Assembly (NCBI GenBank): GCA_038214655.1
Contig: JBBQRR010000010.1
Location: 6,183-70,182 of the forward strand
Length of the DNA stretch: 64,000 nt
Direction of reading: 5' to 3'
DNA from: Bacteroidia bacterium
GTDB lineage: Bacteria; Bacteroidota; Bacteroidia; B-17B0; Aurantibacillaceae
The number at the start of each line of letters is the position of its first letter. Position 1 is the stretch's first letter. Made by a program: the position numbers and the translations under genes. The notes under the pieces were generated by a model, which was not told the DNA's origin, searched no databases, and saw nothing but the letters and a program-made list of their open reading frames with translations. Positions 18,997-28,320 of the stretch are shown here, piece after piece.

Positions 18997-20307
18997 ATGA
19001 AAATTACCGTTGTAGGAACAGGATATGTTGGTTTGGTTACGGGCACTTGCCTTGCGGAAACCGGTAACACTGTTATTTGTGTTGACATTAATGAAGAGAA
19101 AGTAAAAAAAATGAAAGAAGGTGTTGTGCCTATTTATGAACCGCATCTTGATACACTTTTTCATAGAAATATAAAAGCAGGGCGCTTATCCTTTACTACC
19201 AATTTACAAGAAGCTATTGAGCATTCGGTAATTATTTTTCTTGCCTTGCCTACCCCTCCGGGCGAAGACGGCAGTGCCGATTTAAGTTATGTGTTGGGTG
19301 TTGCTGAAGATTTGGGCAAATTAATTAAAGATTACAAAGTTATTGTAGATAAAAGTACGGTGCCTGTTGGTACAGCCGATAAAGTTCGTGCTGCTGTGGC
19401 AAAAAACGCCAAAGTAGAATTTGATGTAGTTTCTAACCCCGAATTTTTACGCGAAGGTTTTGCGGTAGATGATTTTTTAAAACCCGATCGCGTTGTTATT
19501 GGTGCAAGCAGCGAAAAAGCGCGCAAAACAATGGAGGAACTTTACAAGCCCTATGTTCGTCAGGGTAATCCAATTGTTTTTATGGATGAAAAATCTGCCG
19601 AGCTTACGAAGTATGCGGCTAACGCATTTTTGGCTACCAAAATTACTTTCATGAATGAGATTGCAAATCTTTGTGAGAAATTGGGAGCAGATGTGGATAT
19701 GGTGCGTATTGGTATTGGTAGCGACGATCGTATTGGAAAACGTTTTTTATTTCCGGGCATAGGTTATGGCGGAAGTTGTTTTCCAAAAGATGTGCAGGCA
19801 CTTGCAAAATCGGCTGATGAAGTAAAATATGATTTTAAAATATTGCACTCGGTGATGGAAGTTAACGAAAAACAAAAAACCATTATCGTTCCTAAAATAA
19901 ATTCGTATTTCAATAATAATTTAAAAGGAAAACATTTTGCAATTTGGGGATTGGCCTTTAAACCCGATACCGATGATATACGCGAAGCACCTTCTCTATT
20001 TGTAATTGAAGAATTACTTAAAGCGGGCGCAACCGTTGCGGCTCATGACCCCGAGGCAATGGAGAATGTAAAAAAGATTTTTGGCGATAAAATAAAATAC
20101 AGCGAGGACCCGTACACGGTGTTGCAAAATGCCGACGCCTTGATTATTGCTACTGAGTGGGCCCTGTTTCGTACGCCTGATTTTGACAGAGTATCTGCCA
20201 GTTTAAAGAACAAAGTAATTTTTGACGGAAGGAATCTTTACGGATTAGACCAGATGAAGAAATTAGGATATTACTATTGTAGTATCGGAAGAGAGGTGAT
20301 TAAATAA
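18997..20307 (+). CDS. ugd: UDP-glucose 6-dehydrogenase
   Basis: GTGYVG; SNPEFLREG; GYGGSCFPKD. Confidence 0.95.
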   Translation: MKITVVGTGYVGLVTGTCLAETGNTVICVDINEEKVKKMKEGVVPIYEPHLDTLFHRNIKAGRLSFTTNLQEAIEHSVIIFLALPTPPGEDGSADLSYVLGVAEDLGKLIKDYKVIVDKSTVPVGTADKVRAAVAKNAKVEFDVVSNPEFLREGFAVDDFLKPDRVVIGASSEKARKTMEELYKPYVRQGNPIVFMDEKSAELTKYAANAFLATKITFMNEIANLCEKLGADVDMVRIGIGSDDRIGKRFLFPGIGYGGSCFPKDVQALAKSADEVKYDFKILHSVMEVNEKQKTIIVPKINSYFNNNLKGKHFAIWGLAFKPDTDDIREAPSLFVIEELLKAGATVAAHDPEAMENVKKIFGDKIKYSEDPYTVLQNADALIIATEWALFRTPDFDRVSASLKNKVIFDGRNLYGLDQMKKLGYYYCSIGREVIK

Positions 20308-20318
20308 TTTTTTTACGA

Positions 20319-21755
20319 ATGAAGTTTATTAAATTTATATTTCATTCTTCTAACCGAAAAGTGCTGGCTTTTATTGTTTGCTACCACTTGCTTTTAGCTT
20401 TTATTTTTAATTGGGCCTACCCTTTTGCGATTTCTTCCTATGATACCCCGAATTATATGCTGGCTGCGCAACTGAAAGAATTTTGCGGATACAGGCCCTA
20501 TGGTTACTCGTTCTTTATTAATTTTTGTACCTTCTTTTGGCAAAGCGTTTATTCAATCGTATTTTTTCAATCGCTTTTCTTTTTAATTGCCAGTCTGTCT
20601 TTCATTTTTACAATTCAATACTTCTTTCCTTCTAAAAGCAAAAGAAATTTTTATCTCTTCATTTTTCTTCTTTGCATTTCTTTTAATCCGTTTTTTTTAA
20701 ATAATGTGTTAATAAGCGACAGTTTATTCATTAGTCTTTCTCTTTTATGGGTCAGTAGTTTTATACACCTCATTTATGCCCAAAAAATAAATTTCTCGCT
20801 TTTTTTGTTCAACTTTTTAGTTTGCTTTCTTGCTTCTAAAGTACGGTATGCAGGGCTTATTTATCCTGTTATAGGTGTCCTGGTAACCATACTAATCTAT
20901 CGAAAGAAAATAGGCATTATGGCTTTAGGGGCCGGTGGATTTATTCTTGTATTTCTTATTGTATATAATCAGGGCATTAATCAGAATAAAGAAAAATACG
21001 GCGTACCTATATTCTCTGCCTTTGGCGGTTTGGCACAATTAAACAATGCCTCTGTGTTAATTCCTAAAGCAAAAAGCGGCTTCAGGAATCAGGAACTTGA
21101 CTTGCTTGAAACCTATTTTAAAAAGCAACCCGACAGCCTATTTACAACCGAAAAAGTGCTTACCGGCACACTAATATGGGGAAACATGTATCCGCAAAAG
21201 ATTTACACAAATTTTATTTCAAAAAGGAATAAGGATAAAGGATATCTTACCTGTTATGTTTACTGCGGTAAATTATACAGCGAGTACGCTTCGCATCTTA
21301 TAAAAAACAATACCTCCCTATATCTTAGTAAGTTTTATTTTCCCAATTTACTTCGCGCTGTTTATCCAAAAAAAGACGATATAAACGGGGGCCTTACCCT
21401 AAAAACGGATAAAAACACTGCTAAAGTTTGTAATGCAGATTTTACTTACTCACTTCCAAGAAAAGACATTTTTGGTGATTTTTTTGCGGCCTGGAGCGGG
21501 TTCAAATATTTTTTGCTGGCAATCGGGTTTATTGCATTTCTTATTTACTCGCGAATTAAAAAAGATGTTCAACTTTCCGTAAACACTAAAAAAACTATTT
21601 TTTTCCTGTCCGCCTTTTTTGTCATAAATTCGCTTTTTCTTGCTTACACGCACCCTATTTTGCAACGTTATTTAATACTTCATGAGTTTATATTTATTGC
21701 GGGGCTATTTATATTGATCGATTCTTTAAATCCATTAAAAACAAAGTCAGAGTGA
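20319..21755 (+). CDS. Polytopic membrane protein, possible GT-C-type glycosyltransferase
   Basis: Many hydrophobic segments; DTPNY in the first loop; RPYGYSFF; located in a nucleotide-sugar cluster. Confidence 0.5.
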   Translation: MKFIKFIFHSSNRKVLAFIVCYHLLLAFIFNWAYPFAISSYDTPNYMLAAQLKEFCGYRPYGYSFFINFCTFFWQSVYSIVFFQSLFFLIASLSFIFTIQYFFPSKSKRNFYLFIFLLCISFNPFFLNNVLISDSLFISLSLLWVSSFIHLIYAQKINFSLFLFNFLVCFLASKVRYAGLIYPVIGVLVTILIYRKKIGIMALGAGGFILVFLIVYNQGINQNKEKYGVPIFSAFGGLAQLNNASVLIPKAKSGFRNQELDLLETYFKKQPDSLFTTEKVLTGTLIWGNMYPQKIYTNFISKRNKDKGYLTCYVYCGKLYSEYASHLIKNNTSLYLSKFYFPNLLRAVYPKKDDINGGLTLKTDKNTAKVCNADFTYSLPRKDIFGDFFAAWSGFKYFLLAIGFIAFLIYSRIKKDVQLSVNTKKTIFFLSAFFVINSLFLAYTHPILQRYLILHEFIFIAGLFILIDSLNPLKTKSE

Positions 21756-22741
21756 ATACAAAAAGAGTTTTAATAACAGGTGCCGCAGGTTTTTTAGGTT
21801 CGCACCTATGCGATAAGTTTATGAAAGAAGGGTATCATGTAATTGCCATGGATAATCTCATCACAGGCGATATGCGTAATATCGAACACCTCACAAAACT
21901 TCCCAACTTTGAATTTTTGCTGCACGATGTAACAAAGCACATTGATATTGCGGGCACTTTAGATTATATAATGCACTTTGCTTCGCCGGCAAGTCCGATA
22001 GATTATCTAAAAATTCCGATACAAACATTAAAAGTTTCTTCGTTAGGCACACACAACGTACTGGGATTAGCTCGTGTAAAAAAAGCACGTGTATTGGTAG
22101 CCTCTACCAGCGAAGTGTACGGCGACCCTACAGTGCATCCGCAAACCGAAGAATATTGGGGAAATGTAAACCCTGTTGGCCCGCGTGGTTGTTACGATGA
22201 AGCAAAACGTTTTATGGAAGCTATCACCATGGCTTATCATAACACACACCATTTAGAAACACGCATTGTAAGAATATTTAACACCTATGGCCCACGCATG
22301 CGCCTTAACGACGGGCGCGTATTACCCGCATTTATAGGACAGGCGCTACGCGGAGAAGATTTAACCATGTTTGGTGACGGAAGTCAGACAAGAAGTTTTT
22401 GCTATGTATCGGATTTAGTTGAGGGCATTTACCGTTTGCTTTTAAGTGATTATAACTTGCCCGTTAACATTGGCAATCCAAGTGAAATTACCATTAAAGA
22501 TTTTGCCGAAGAAATTTTAAAACTTACGGGCGCCAATCAAAAATTAATTTCTTTGCCGCTACCCAAAGACGACCCCAAACAGCGTCAGCCCGATATTACG
22601 AAGGCAAAAGCCATTTTAGGCTGGGAACCAAAAGTAAGTCGTGCCGAAGGGTTAAAAATTACTTACCAATATTTTAAATCACTTCCTAAAGAAGAGCTGT
22701 TTAAAACCGAGCATCGCGACCTTGAAAAGCTCAATAAATAG
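21752..22741 (+). CDS. uxs: UDP-glucuronate decarboxylase (UDP-xylose synthase)
   Basis: GAAGFLG; HFASPASP; STSEVYGDP; CYDEAKR; [10 protein letters not shown]. Confidence 0.9.
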   Translation: MNTKRVLITGAAGFLGSHLCDKFMKEGYHVIAMDNLITGDMRNIEHLTKLPNFEFLLHDVTKHIDIAGTLDYIMHFASPASPIDYLKIPIQTLKVSSLGTHNVLGLARVKKARVLVASTSEVYGDPTVHPQTEEYWGNVNPVGPRGCYDEAKRFMEAITMAYHNTHHLETRIVRIFNTYGPRMRLNDGRVLPAFIGQALRGEDLTMFGDGSQTRSFCYVSDLVEGIYRLLLSDYNLPVNIGNPSEITIKDFAEEILKLTGANQKLISLPLPKDDPKQRQPDITKAKAILGWEPKVSRAEGLKITYQYFKSLPKEELFKTEHRDLEKLNK

Positions 22742-22916
22742 TTTTACGCTTTTTTTTATTCCTCTATTGCTTAATTGGGCGCAGCATCAAAAGCCGAGTT
22801 AAAGATTTTTTTTTCAACGTGTTACGTAAAAATTCATGCATTAAGTTTAGGATAATCGTGTTTTTTTGCCTTTGAAATAATTTACTGAGTAGTAATTTCA
22901 CCTATCAAAAAAAAAT

Positions 22917-23564
22917 ATGGTAAAAAAACTACTATTAGTACTTGCAATTAGCTGCATTTTTCTTTCCCATTTCAAAGTCTCCGCGCAGTTTGACCAGCAA
23001 CAACCGGAACAGAAAAAATGCATTAAAAAATATAAATCGATAACTGATACGTATTACGGATTTCCTAATTTATATGCCCTAATTTTCAGGGGCATTGCCA
23101 CTACTTCCAGCTCCATAGGTGTTCATGTTAGCAGTATCGGCCCAACGGGTGCTAAATACGAATTTATGCTTACTGATAATTTCGGCATTGGTGTAGATGC
23201 CAACTATTCTAATATCAACGTAAGTTATACCGACCAAAAGAAAGACAGCAGTGGTACTATAAAAACTTACTCGTATAAATTAAGTTCACCGGCTGTGCGA
23301 TCGATGATTGGGTTTAATTTTCATAAGGTTAAAGAAAAAATTGAATTTTATTCGGCTATTAAAATTGGATATTATTATCGCTCCATAAAGTTTACTACTG
23401 ACGACCCTACTTTTAAAGTTCCGAGTTTAAGTTGGCCGCTTCCTATGGCATTTAGAATGGAGTTTGGGTTCAGGTATTTTCCTGTTCCTTTTATCGGCAT
23501 ACACTTTAATATGGGCTTTCTGGGAGGCGCTCTTTTTAACGCAGGGGTATCTTCTAAATTCTGA
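22917..23564 (+). CDS. Outer-membrane beta-barrel protein (paralog A)
   Basis: Signal peptide, amphipathic strands, C-terminal KF; aligns with 23928-24554. Confidence 0.75.
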   Translation: MVKKLLLVLAISCIFLSHFKVSAQFDQQQPEQKKCIKKYKSITDTYYGFPNLYALIFRGIATTSSSIGVHVSSIGPTGAKYEFMLTDNFGIGVDANYSNINVSYTDQKKDSSGTIKTYSYKLSSPAVRSMIGFNFHKVKEKIEFYSAIKIGYYYRSIKFTTDDPTFKVPSLSWPLPMAFRMEFGFRYFPVPFIGIHFNMGFLGGALFNAGVSSKF

Positions 23565-23627
23565 TTATCCCGCTCTAAATTTTTTTAACCAAAGCTTTTC
23601 AGTTAATTTAGCGCAAATACTTTTTTA

Positions 23628-23897
23628 GTGCATCACTACAACATTACAGTTAAAGGAAAGGTTCATGGTGTATCTTATCGCCTTGCTACACTTCGCAAAG
23701 CGCACAAACTTTCATTAACCGGATATGTAAAAAATTTGCACAACGGCGATGTATTTATTGAAGCCGAAGGAAAAGAAGAGAATATCGACAAGCTTATTGA
23801 GTGGTGCTATAGCGGCCCACCGCTTGCAGAAGTAACCGAAGTGAACGCAGAAGAGAAAGAGATGCAAAACTTCCGCAATTTTGAAATTAAAAAGTAA
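23628..23897 (+). CDS. acyP: Acylphosphatase
   Basis: VKGKVHGVSYR...GYVKNL..GDV.IEAEG...W...GPP.A.V. Confidence 0.9.
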   Translation: MHHYNITVKGKVHGVSYRLATLRKAHKLSLTGYVKNLHNGDVFIEAEGKEENIDKLIEWCYSGPPLAEVTEVNAEEKEMQNFRNFEIKK

Positions 23898-23927
23898 TTG
23901 CTATATTTGTTTAACTAAAAAATCCCT

Positions 23928-24554
23928 ATGAAGAAAAAACTACTTTCAATTGTTGCAGCTACGGGCTTAGCCCTATCTGCATTTAACGTAAGCGCTCAAG
24001 CATTTGATGAGGGCAAATCTGTTGTTACTTTGGGTTACGGTTTTCCTAACATTATTACAGCCTCTATTAGAGCTGCTTATAATTCAACCTCCCACACTAA
24101 TTACTCTTTTAAGGCATTCGGCCCAATGTTTTTAAGGTACGAGTACGGATTATCAGAGAAAATCGGTATGGGTGTTGTTTTGGGTTATTCAATGGCTTCT
24201 ATAAGCTACGATTATCAAGATCAAACTACTACCGGTGCCACGGTTAATTACACTGCAAAAATTCAATGGAACAGTCCAACAGCCGGCCTTCGTTTCAACA
24301 TTCACTTTGCAACAAAAGAAAAATTAGATCCTTATTTTGCAGTTGGCGCTGGATGGTCGGGCAATACACTTACGTATACCGATAATAACCCCAATCAATC
24401 AAAATCAAATAATACGTCTATGAGCTTTACTCCAATTTACTTTGGTTTAGGCGTGGGATTAAAATATTATTTTACCGAAAACATAGGTATGTATGCCGAA
24501 TTTGGATTTGACAAATGGGCGCTTATGCAAGTTGGTTTAGCCGCTAAATTCTAA
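23928..24554 (+). CDS. Outer-membrane beta-barrel protein (paralog B)
   Basis: Signal peptide; GYGFPN...GP..RYEY; C-terminal GLAAKF; TATATTTG box at 23902-23909. Confidence 0.8.
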   Translation: MKKKLLSIVAATGLALSAFNVSAQAFDEGKSVVTLGYGFPNIITASIRAAYNSTSHTNYSFKAFGPMFLRYEYGLSEKIGMGVVLGYSMASISYDYQDQTTTGATVNYTAKIQWNSPTAGLRFNIHFATKEKLDPYFAVGAGWSGNTLTYTDNNPNQSKSNNTSMSFTPIYFGLGVGLKYYFTENIGMYAEFGFDKWALMQVGLAAKF

Positions 24555-24559
24555 GTACT

Positions 24560-24898
24560 ATGAAATCAAAAAATCTCATTATAGTTTGCCTTACTTTTAT
24601 TGTAAGCATCTTCATCCTTGTTTCGTTTAAAAACCCGGGTGCTGATGTTAAAAAGGTTGTGATACTAAGACAATATCAATCGGCCGATTCTGACTTCGGT
24701 AATCAGATAATTATTTGTTACCCCGATGGGAAAACAAAAAAGCAAGCCTTATTGCAAAGCAAGCATCAGAACTATGAAATGAATGATAAAATGTTTGCTC
24801 AATCTATTAACGATGTACTTGCTACCGGTGTACAAATTAAAAGCACAAGTAATTCCGGAGATTCGCATCTTATGGTTACTACTTATATTTTTGAATAG
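24560..24898 (+). CDS. Hypothetical protein with N-terminal TM/signal segment
   Basis: 112-aa ORF starting 5 nt after the upstream stop. Confidence 0.65.
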   Translation: MKSKNLIIVCLTFIVSIFILVSFKNPGADVKKVVILRQYQSADSDFGNQIIICYPDGKTKKQALLQSKHQNYEMNDKMFAQSINDVLATGVQIKSTSNSGDSHLMVTTYIFE

Positions 24899-24921
24899 AT
24901 TCTTGTTTTTTTTAATGAATT

Positions 24922-24946
24922 AAAACCCTCTTTTTAAGAGGGTTTT
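24922..24946 (+). terminator. Intrinsic terminator
   Basis: AAAACCCTCTT-TTT-AAGAGGGTTTT hairpin followed by a T-rich tract. Confidence 0.8.
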
Positions 24947-25006
24947 TCTTTTTACTTAATTCAAGCATTTATAGTACTTTTGCATCCCGATAGCTATTGG
25001 GATTAA

Positions 25007-26587
25007 ATGACCACAGAAGAAGAAATAAAACGCCGCCGCACCTTTGCCATCATTGCTCACCCCGATGCGGGTAAAACTACACTAACAGAAAAATTATTAC
25101 TGTTTGGAGGCGCTATACAAATAGCCGGCGCAGTTAAATCAAATAAAATTAAAAAATCTACCGCTTCCGACTTTTTAGAAATTGAACGCCAAAGAGGAAT
25201 TTCGGTTTCTACATCGGTAATGGCTTTTGAGTTTAAAGGCAAAGAAGTAAATATTTTAGATACGCCCGGCCACGAAGATTTTGCAGAAGATACGTACCGC
25301 ACCTTAACAGCGGTTGACAGCGTTATAATGGTTATTGACTGCGTAAAAGGAGTTGAGCCGCAAACAAGAAAGTTATTGGAAGTTTGCCGTATGCGCAAAA
25401 CACCCGTAATTGTTTTTGTAAATAAAATGGACCGCGAGGGCCGCGATGCTTTTGAGTTGATGGATGAAGTGGAGAAAGAACTTAAAATTAAAGTCCGCCC
25501 GCTTAGTTGGCCCATCGGTATTGGTAAAAGTTTTAAAGGAGTTTATAATGTTTACGAAAAATCGCTAAACCTTTTTACCGGCGATGAAAAGCAAACTATT
25601 TCCGAGTCGGTAGAAATTACAGAATTTAATAAAGAAAACCTGCGCAAATACTTAAGCGAAGATTTTACCGACACCTTGCTTGATGATATTGAAGTTGTTG
25701 AAACGGTTTATCCAAAATTTAAGAGCGAAGACTATTTAAACGGAGATATTTGCCCTGTATTTTTTGGCTCGGCCGTAAATAATTTTGGTGTGCGCGAGCT
25801 GTTAAATTGTTTTGTGGATATTGCCCCCTACCCGCTTAAGCGTGAAACTGAAGAACGAATTGTTGACCCTTTTGAAGCTAAGTTCAGCGGCTTTATATTT
25901 AAAATATTTGCCAATATAGACCCAAGGCATCGCGACCGGATTGCGTTTTTACGAATTTGCTCAGGCAAGTTTGAGCGCAACAAATATTATTTTCATAATC
26001 GCGAAAAAAAACAAATGCGTTTTAGCAATCCTACTGCGTTTTTAGCACAGAGTAAATCAGTTATTGATGAGGCCTACCCCGGCGATATTATCGGATTATA
26101 CGATTCGGGCAGTTTTAAGATTGGCGATACATTAAGCGAGGGAGAGGTTTTACATTTTAAAGGAATTCCGAGTTTCTCGCCCGAGTTATTCAGGTATGTA
26201 GTTAATATGGACCCAATGAAGACTAAACAACTTCAAAAAGGATTGGAGCAATTAACAGATGAGGGTGTTGCGCAATTGTTTACCAAAAAACAAGACGGGC
26301 GCCGCATTTTAGGAACCGTGGGAGCTTTACAGTTTGAGGTATTGCAACATCGTTTAAAAAGCGAGTACAATGCGTCTTGCGGCTTCGAGCAAATTAATTT
26401 ACATAAAGCTTGCTGGATTAAATCAGACGATAAAAAAGAAATGGACGCTTTTTTACTTGACCGCGCTAATCACATTGCTTACGATAAAGAAGGCCGGCCT
26501 GTATTTTTAGCTGAGTCGGCTTGGTTATTGCAAATGGCGCAGGAGAAATTTCCCAAAGTTCAGTTCTTTTTTAAGAGCGAGTTTTAA
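25007..26587 (+). CDS. prfC: Peptide chain release factor 3
   Basis: RRTFAIIAHPDAGKTT; DTPGHEDF; GALQFEV. Confidence 0.98.
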   Translation: MTTEEEIKRRRTFAIIAHPDAGKTTLTEKLLLFGGAIQIAGAVKSNKIKKSTASDFLEIERQRGISVSTSVMAFEFKGKEVNILDTPGHEDFAEDTYRTLTAVDSVIMVIDCVKGVEPQTRKLLEVCRMRKTPVIVFVNKMDREGRDAFELMDEVEKELKIKVRPLSWPIGIGKSFKGVYNVYEKSLNLFTGDEKQTISESVEITEFNKENLRKYLSEDFTDTLLDDIEVVETVYPKFKSEDYLNGDICPVFFGSAVNNFGVRELLNCFVDIAPYPLKRETEERIVDPFEAKFSGFIFKIFANIDPRHRDRIAFLRICSGKFERNKYYFHNREKKQMRFSNPTAFLAQSKSVIDEAYPGDIIGLYDSGSFKIGDTLSEGEVLHFKGIPSFSPELFRYVVNMDPMKTKQLQKGLEQLTDEGVAQLFTKKQDGRRILGTVGALQFEVLQHRLKSEYNASCGFEQINLHKACWIKSDDKKEMDAFLLDRANHIAYDKEGRPVFLAESAWLLQMAQEKFPKVQFFFKSEF

Positions 26588-26591
26588 ATAC

Positions 26592-26727
26592 AAGTAGGCA
26601 GTAATCAGTTGGCAGGAAGCAGTTCGCAGTAAGAAGTCGGCAGTAATCAGTTGGCAGTAATCAGTTGGCAATAATCAGTAGGCAGTAAGCAGTTGGCAGT
26701 AAGCAGTTGGAAGTAAGCAGTTAGCAG
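26592..26727. repeat. Heptamer array with 14-bp higher-order period (19 units)
   Basis: Alternating CAGTTGG-type and CAGTAA(T/G)-type units. Confidence 0.95.
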
Positions 26728-26770
26728 CCGGAAAATTGTCTTGTAAAATATTTATATCTTTAAATAAAAA

Positions 26771-27289
26771 ATGGAAAACTACACTCGTTACCTGATTCCG
26801 CTTGGATTAATTATTTTTCTTATTTACAGAAGGATTAAACGCACCATTGGTTTTCAAAAATACATTCCGGCGGTGATGATTTTCAGGATTATTCTTTTTT
26901 CCTTAGTTGCAACAATGGTTTTAAGTTTTACAGTTACAAAAACCACTTCTTTGATTGCCGACCTTGCCGGGATTTCTTTAGGACTTACGCTGCTCTATTT
27001 AGCTGTAAAAAACACGGTTTTCGAAAAGAGACAAGACGGATTATATTATCGTACCCACATTTGGATTGAACTAACCATATTAATTTTATTTTTGGCGCGC
27101 TTTATTTATCGTTTCTATACACTATTTACGCATGTTAAATCCAACTCGCCCGAAGAAATGCAAAACAGTTTGCAAAATGTACGCGATCCTTTAACTTCTT
27201 CGGTGTTTTTGGTTATTTGCGCTTATTACATCGGGTATTTTGCCTTTATTTTAAAACACAGCAAATCCGAATCGCAAAAAGACGCTTAG
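26771..27289 (+). CDS. CcdC/DUF1453-like membrane protein
   Basis: TM segments with RRIKRTIGFQK and T.FE...DG.YYR.H. Confidence 0.65.
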   Translation: MENYTRYLIPLGLIIFLIYRRIKRTIGFQKYIPAVMIFRIILFSLVATMVLSFTVTKTTSLIADLAGISLGLTLLYLAVKNTVFEKRQDGLYYRTHIWIELTILILFLARFIYRFYTLFTHVKSNSPEEMQNSLQNVRDPLTSSVFLVICAYYIGYFAFILKHSKSESQKDA

Positions 27290-27290
27290 C

Positions 27291-27818
27291 ATGAAAAATA
27301 TTTTTACTTTTTTATTTTTTATTGCATGTACTGTTTCATTTTGCCAGTCAAAAGTAACCATTGGCATAAGTTTAGACTCGGTGAAGAAAATTTACCCGGG
27401 CATTAAAGAAGAAACATTTAAAAGAACCACTATTCTTACGAGACCCGAAACACTTTACGGTTTAGACGACGAGTGGGGCTATCGTTTTGATAATGGTAAA
27501 TTAGATTGGATATTTTTTGACAAATACATTGATACGCTAAGCGAGAAGAATTTTAAACTTTGTTTAAGCGCCGCCCAAAAAATTATTAAAGAGTACAGCA
27601 AAGCTTACGGCAAGCCTGATACTACCATAAAGTGTAATACCAATTTTGTTGACCCTTACAAAAAGCATCATTGGGGCTATAATGTTTTAGAAGCGCGTTG
27701 GAAAAATTACAAGGGGATGAAAATAAAAGTAGAATTTACTTTTATGGGCGGTAAAGGCGAGTACCATTTTTTAGTGAAAGTAAATTATTTTGGTAAGGAT
27801 TATCCTTATTACAATTGA
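27291..27818 (+). CDS. Hypothetical secreted protein
   Basis: Signal peptide; starts 1 nt after the upstream stop. Confidence 0.65.
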   Translation: MKNIFTFLFFIACTVSFCQSKVTIGISLDSVKKIYPGIKEETFKRTTILTRPETLYGLDDEWGYRFDNGKLDWIFFDKYIDTLSEKNFKLCLSAAQKIIKEYSKAYGKPDTTIKCNTNFVDPYKKHHWGYNVLEARWKNYKGMKIKVEFTFMGGKGEYHFLVKVNYFGKDYPYYN

Positions 27819-27824
27819 ACTCCT

Positions 27825-27916
27825 TGTCAAACTGAGCGTTTTGAGATTCTTTACGATGTTCTCGAAACGCTCGAACTGACAGTGATTCCAAAGGCCTAGA
27901 AACGCTCGAACTGACA
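27825..27916. repeat. REP-like palindromic cluster (3 units, TGTCA-ended)
   Basis: 27825-27846 is an imperfect inverse of 27860-27881; third copy at 27896-27916; related to 36158-36217. Confidence 0.8.
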
Positions 27917-27918
27917 CG

Positions 27919-28320
27919 CTAGTCCAAAAACCTTTTCTTGGTTTCGGCATCGGGCAAAAAGCAAAATTCTTTTTTAAACCACTTTTTTCGGTTGCGCGCC
28001 ACTAAATCGTACACCGCATTTCTAATAAAGCCCGGCACAATTTTAAAAACAATAAACCAGCTTTGAGGCGCTTTTAAAAACTTGGAAAGGCTTAAGGCTG
28101 CATCACTTTTATAATACACTTTGCCATCCGAAATTAAAGCAAAAGTTCCCATTTGAGAAAAATCATACTTGTATTTGCCTAATTCCGTTTTTGCAAAATT
28201 ACTTTGCAGGGGCGAAAAAAAAAGTTCGTGATTTTTTTCATGCTTCAAGGCAAAACGAACGCTCCGGTTGCAAAGGGCGCAATCGCCATCATAAAACAGA
28301 ATATCTTTAACCTCTTTCAA
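27919..28320 (-). CDS. DCC1-like thiol-disulfide oxidoreductase (DUF393)
   Basis: FYDGDCALCN; YYKSDAAL; RNAVYDLVARNR. Confidence 0.9.
   Translation of the reverse strand: MKEVKDILFYDGDCALCNRSVRFALKHEKNHELFFSPLQSNFAKTELGKYKYDFSQMGTFALISDGKVYYKSDAALSLSKFLKAPQSWFIVFKIVPGFIRNAVYDLVARNRKKWFKKEFCFLPDAETKKRFLD

Noticed and set aside
26592-26727. Possible CRISPR array
   Set aside because: Contiguous 7/14-bp units with no unique spacers and no cas genes in the window.
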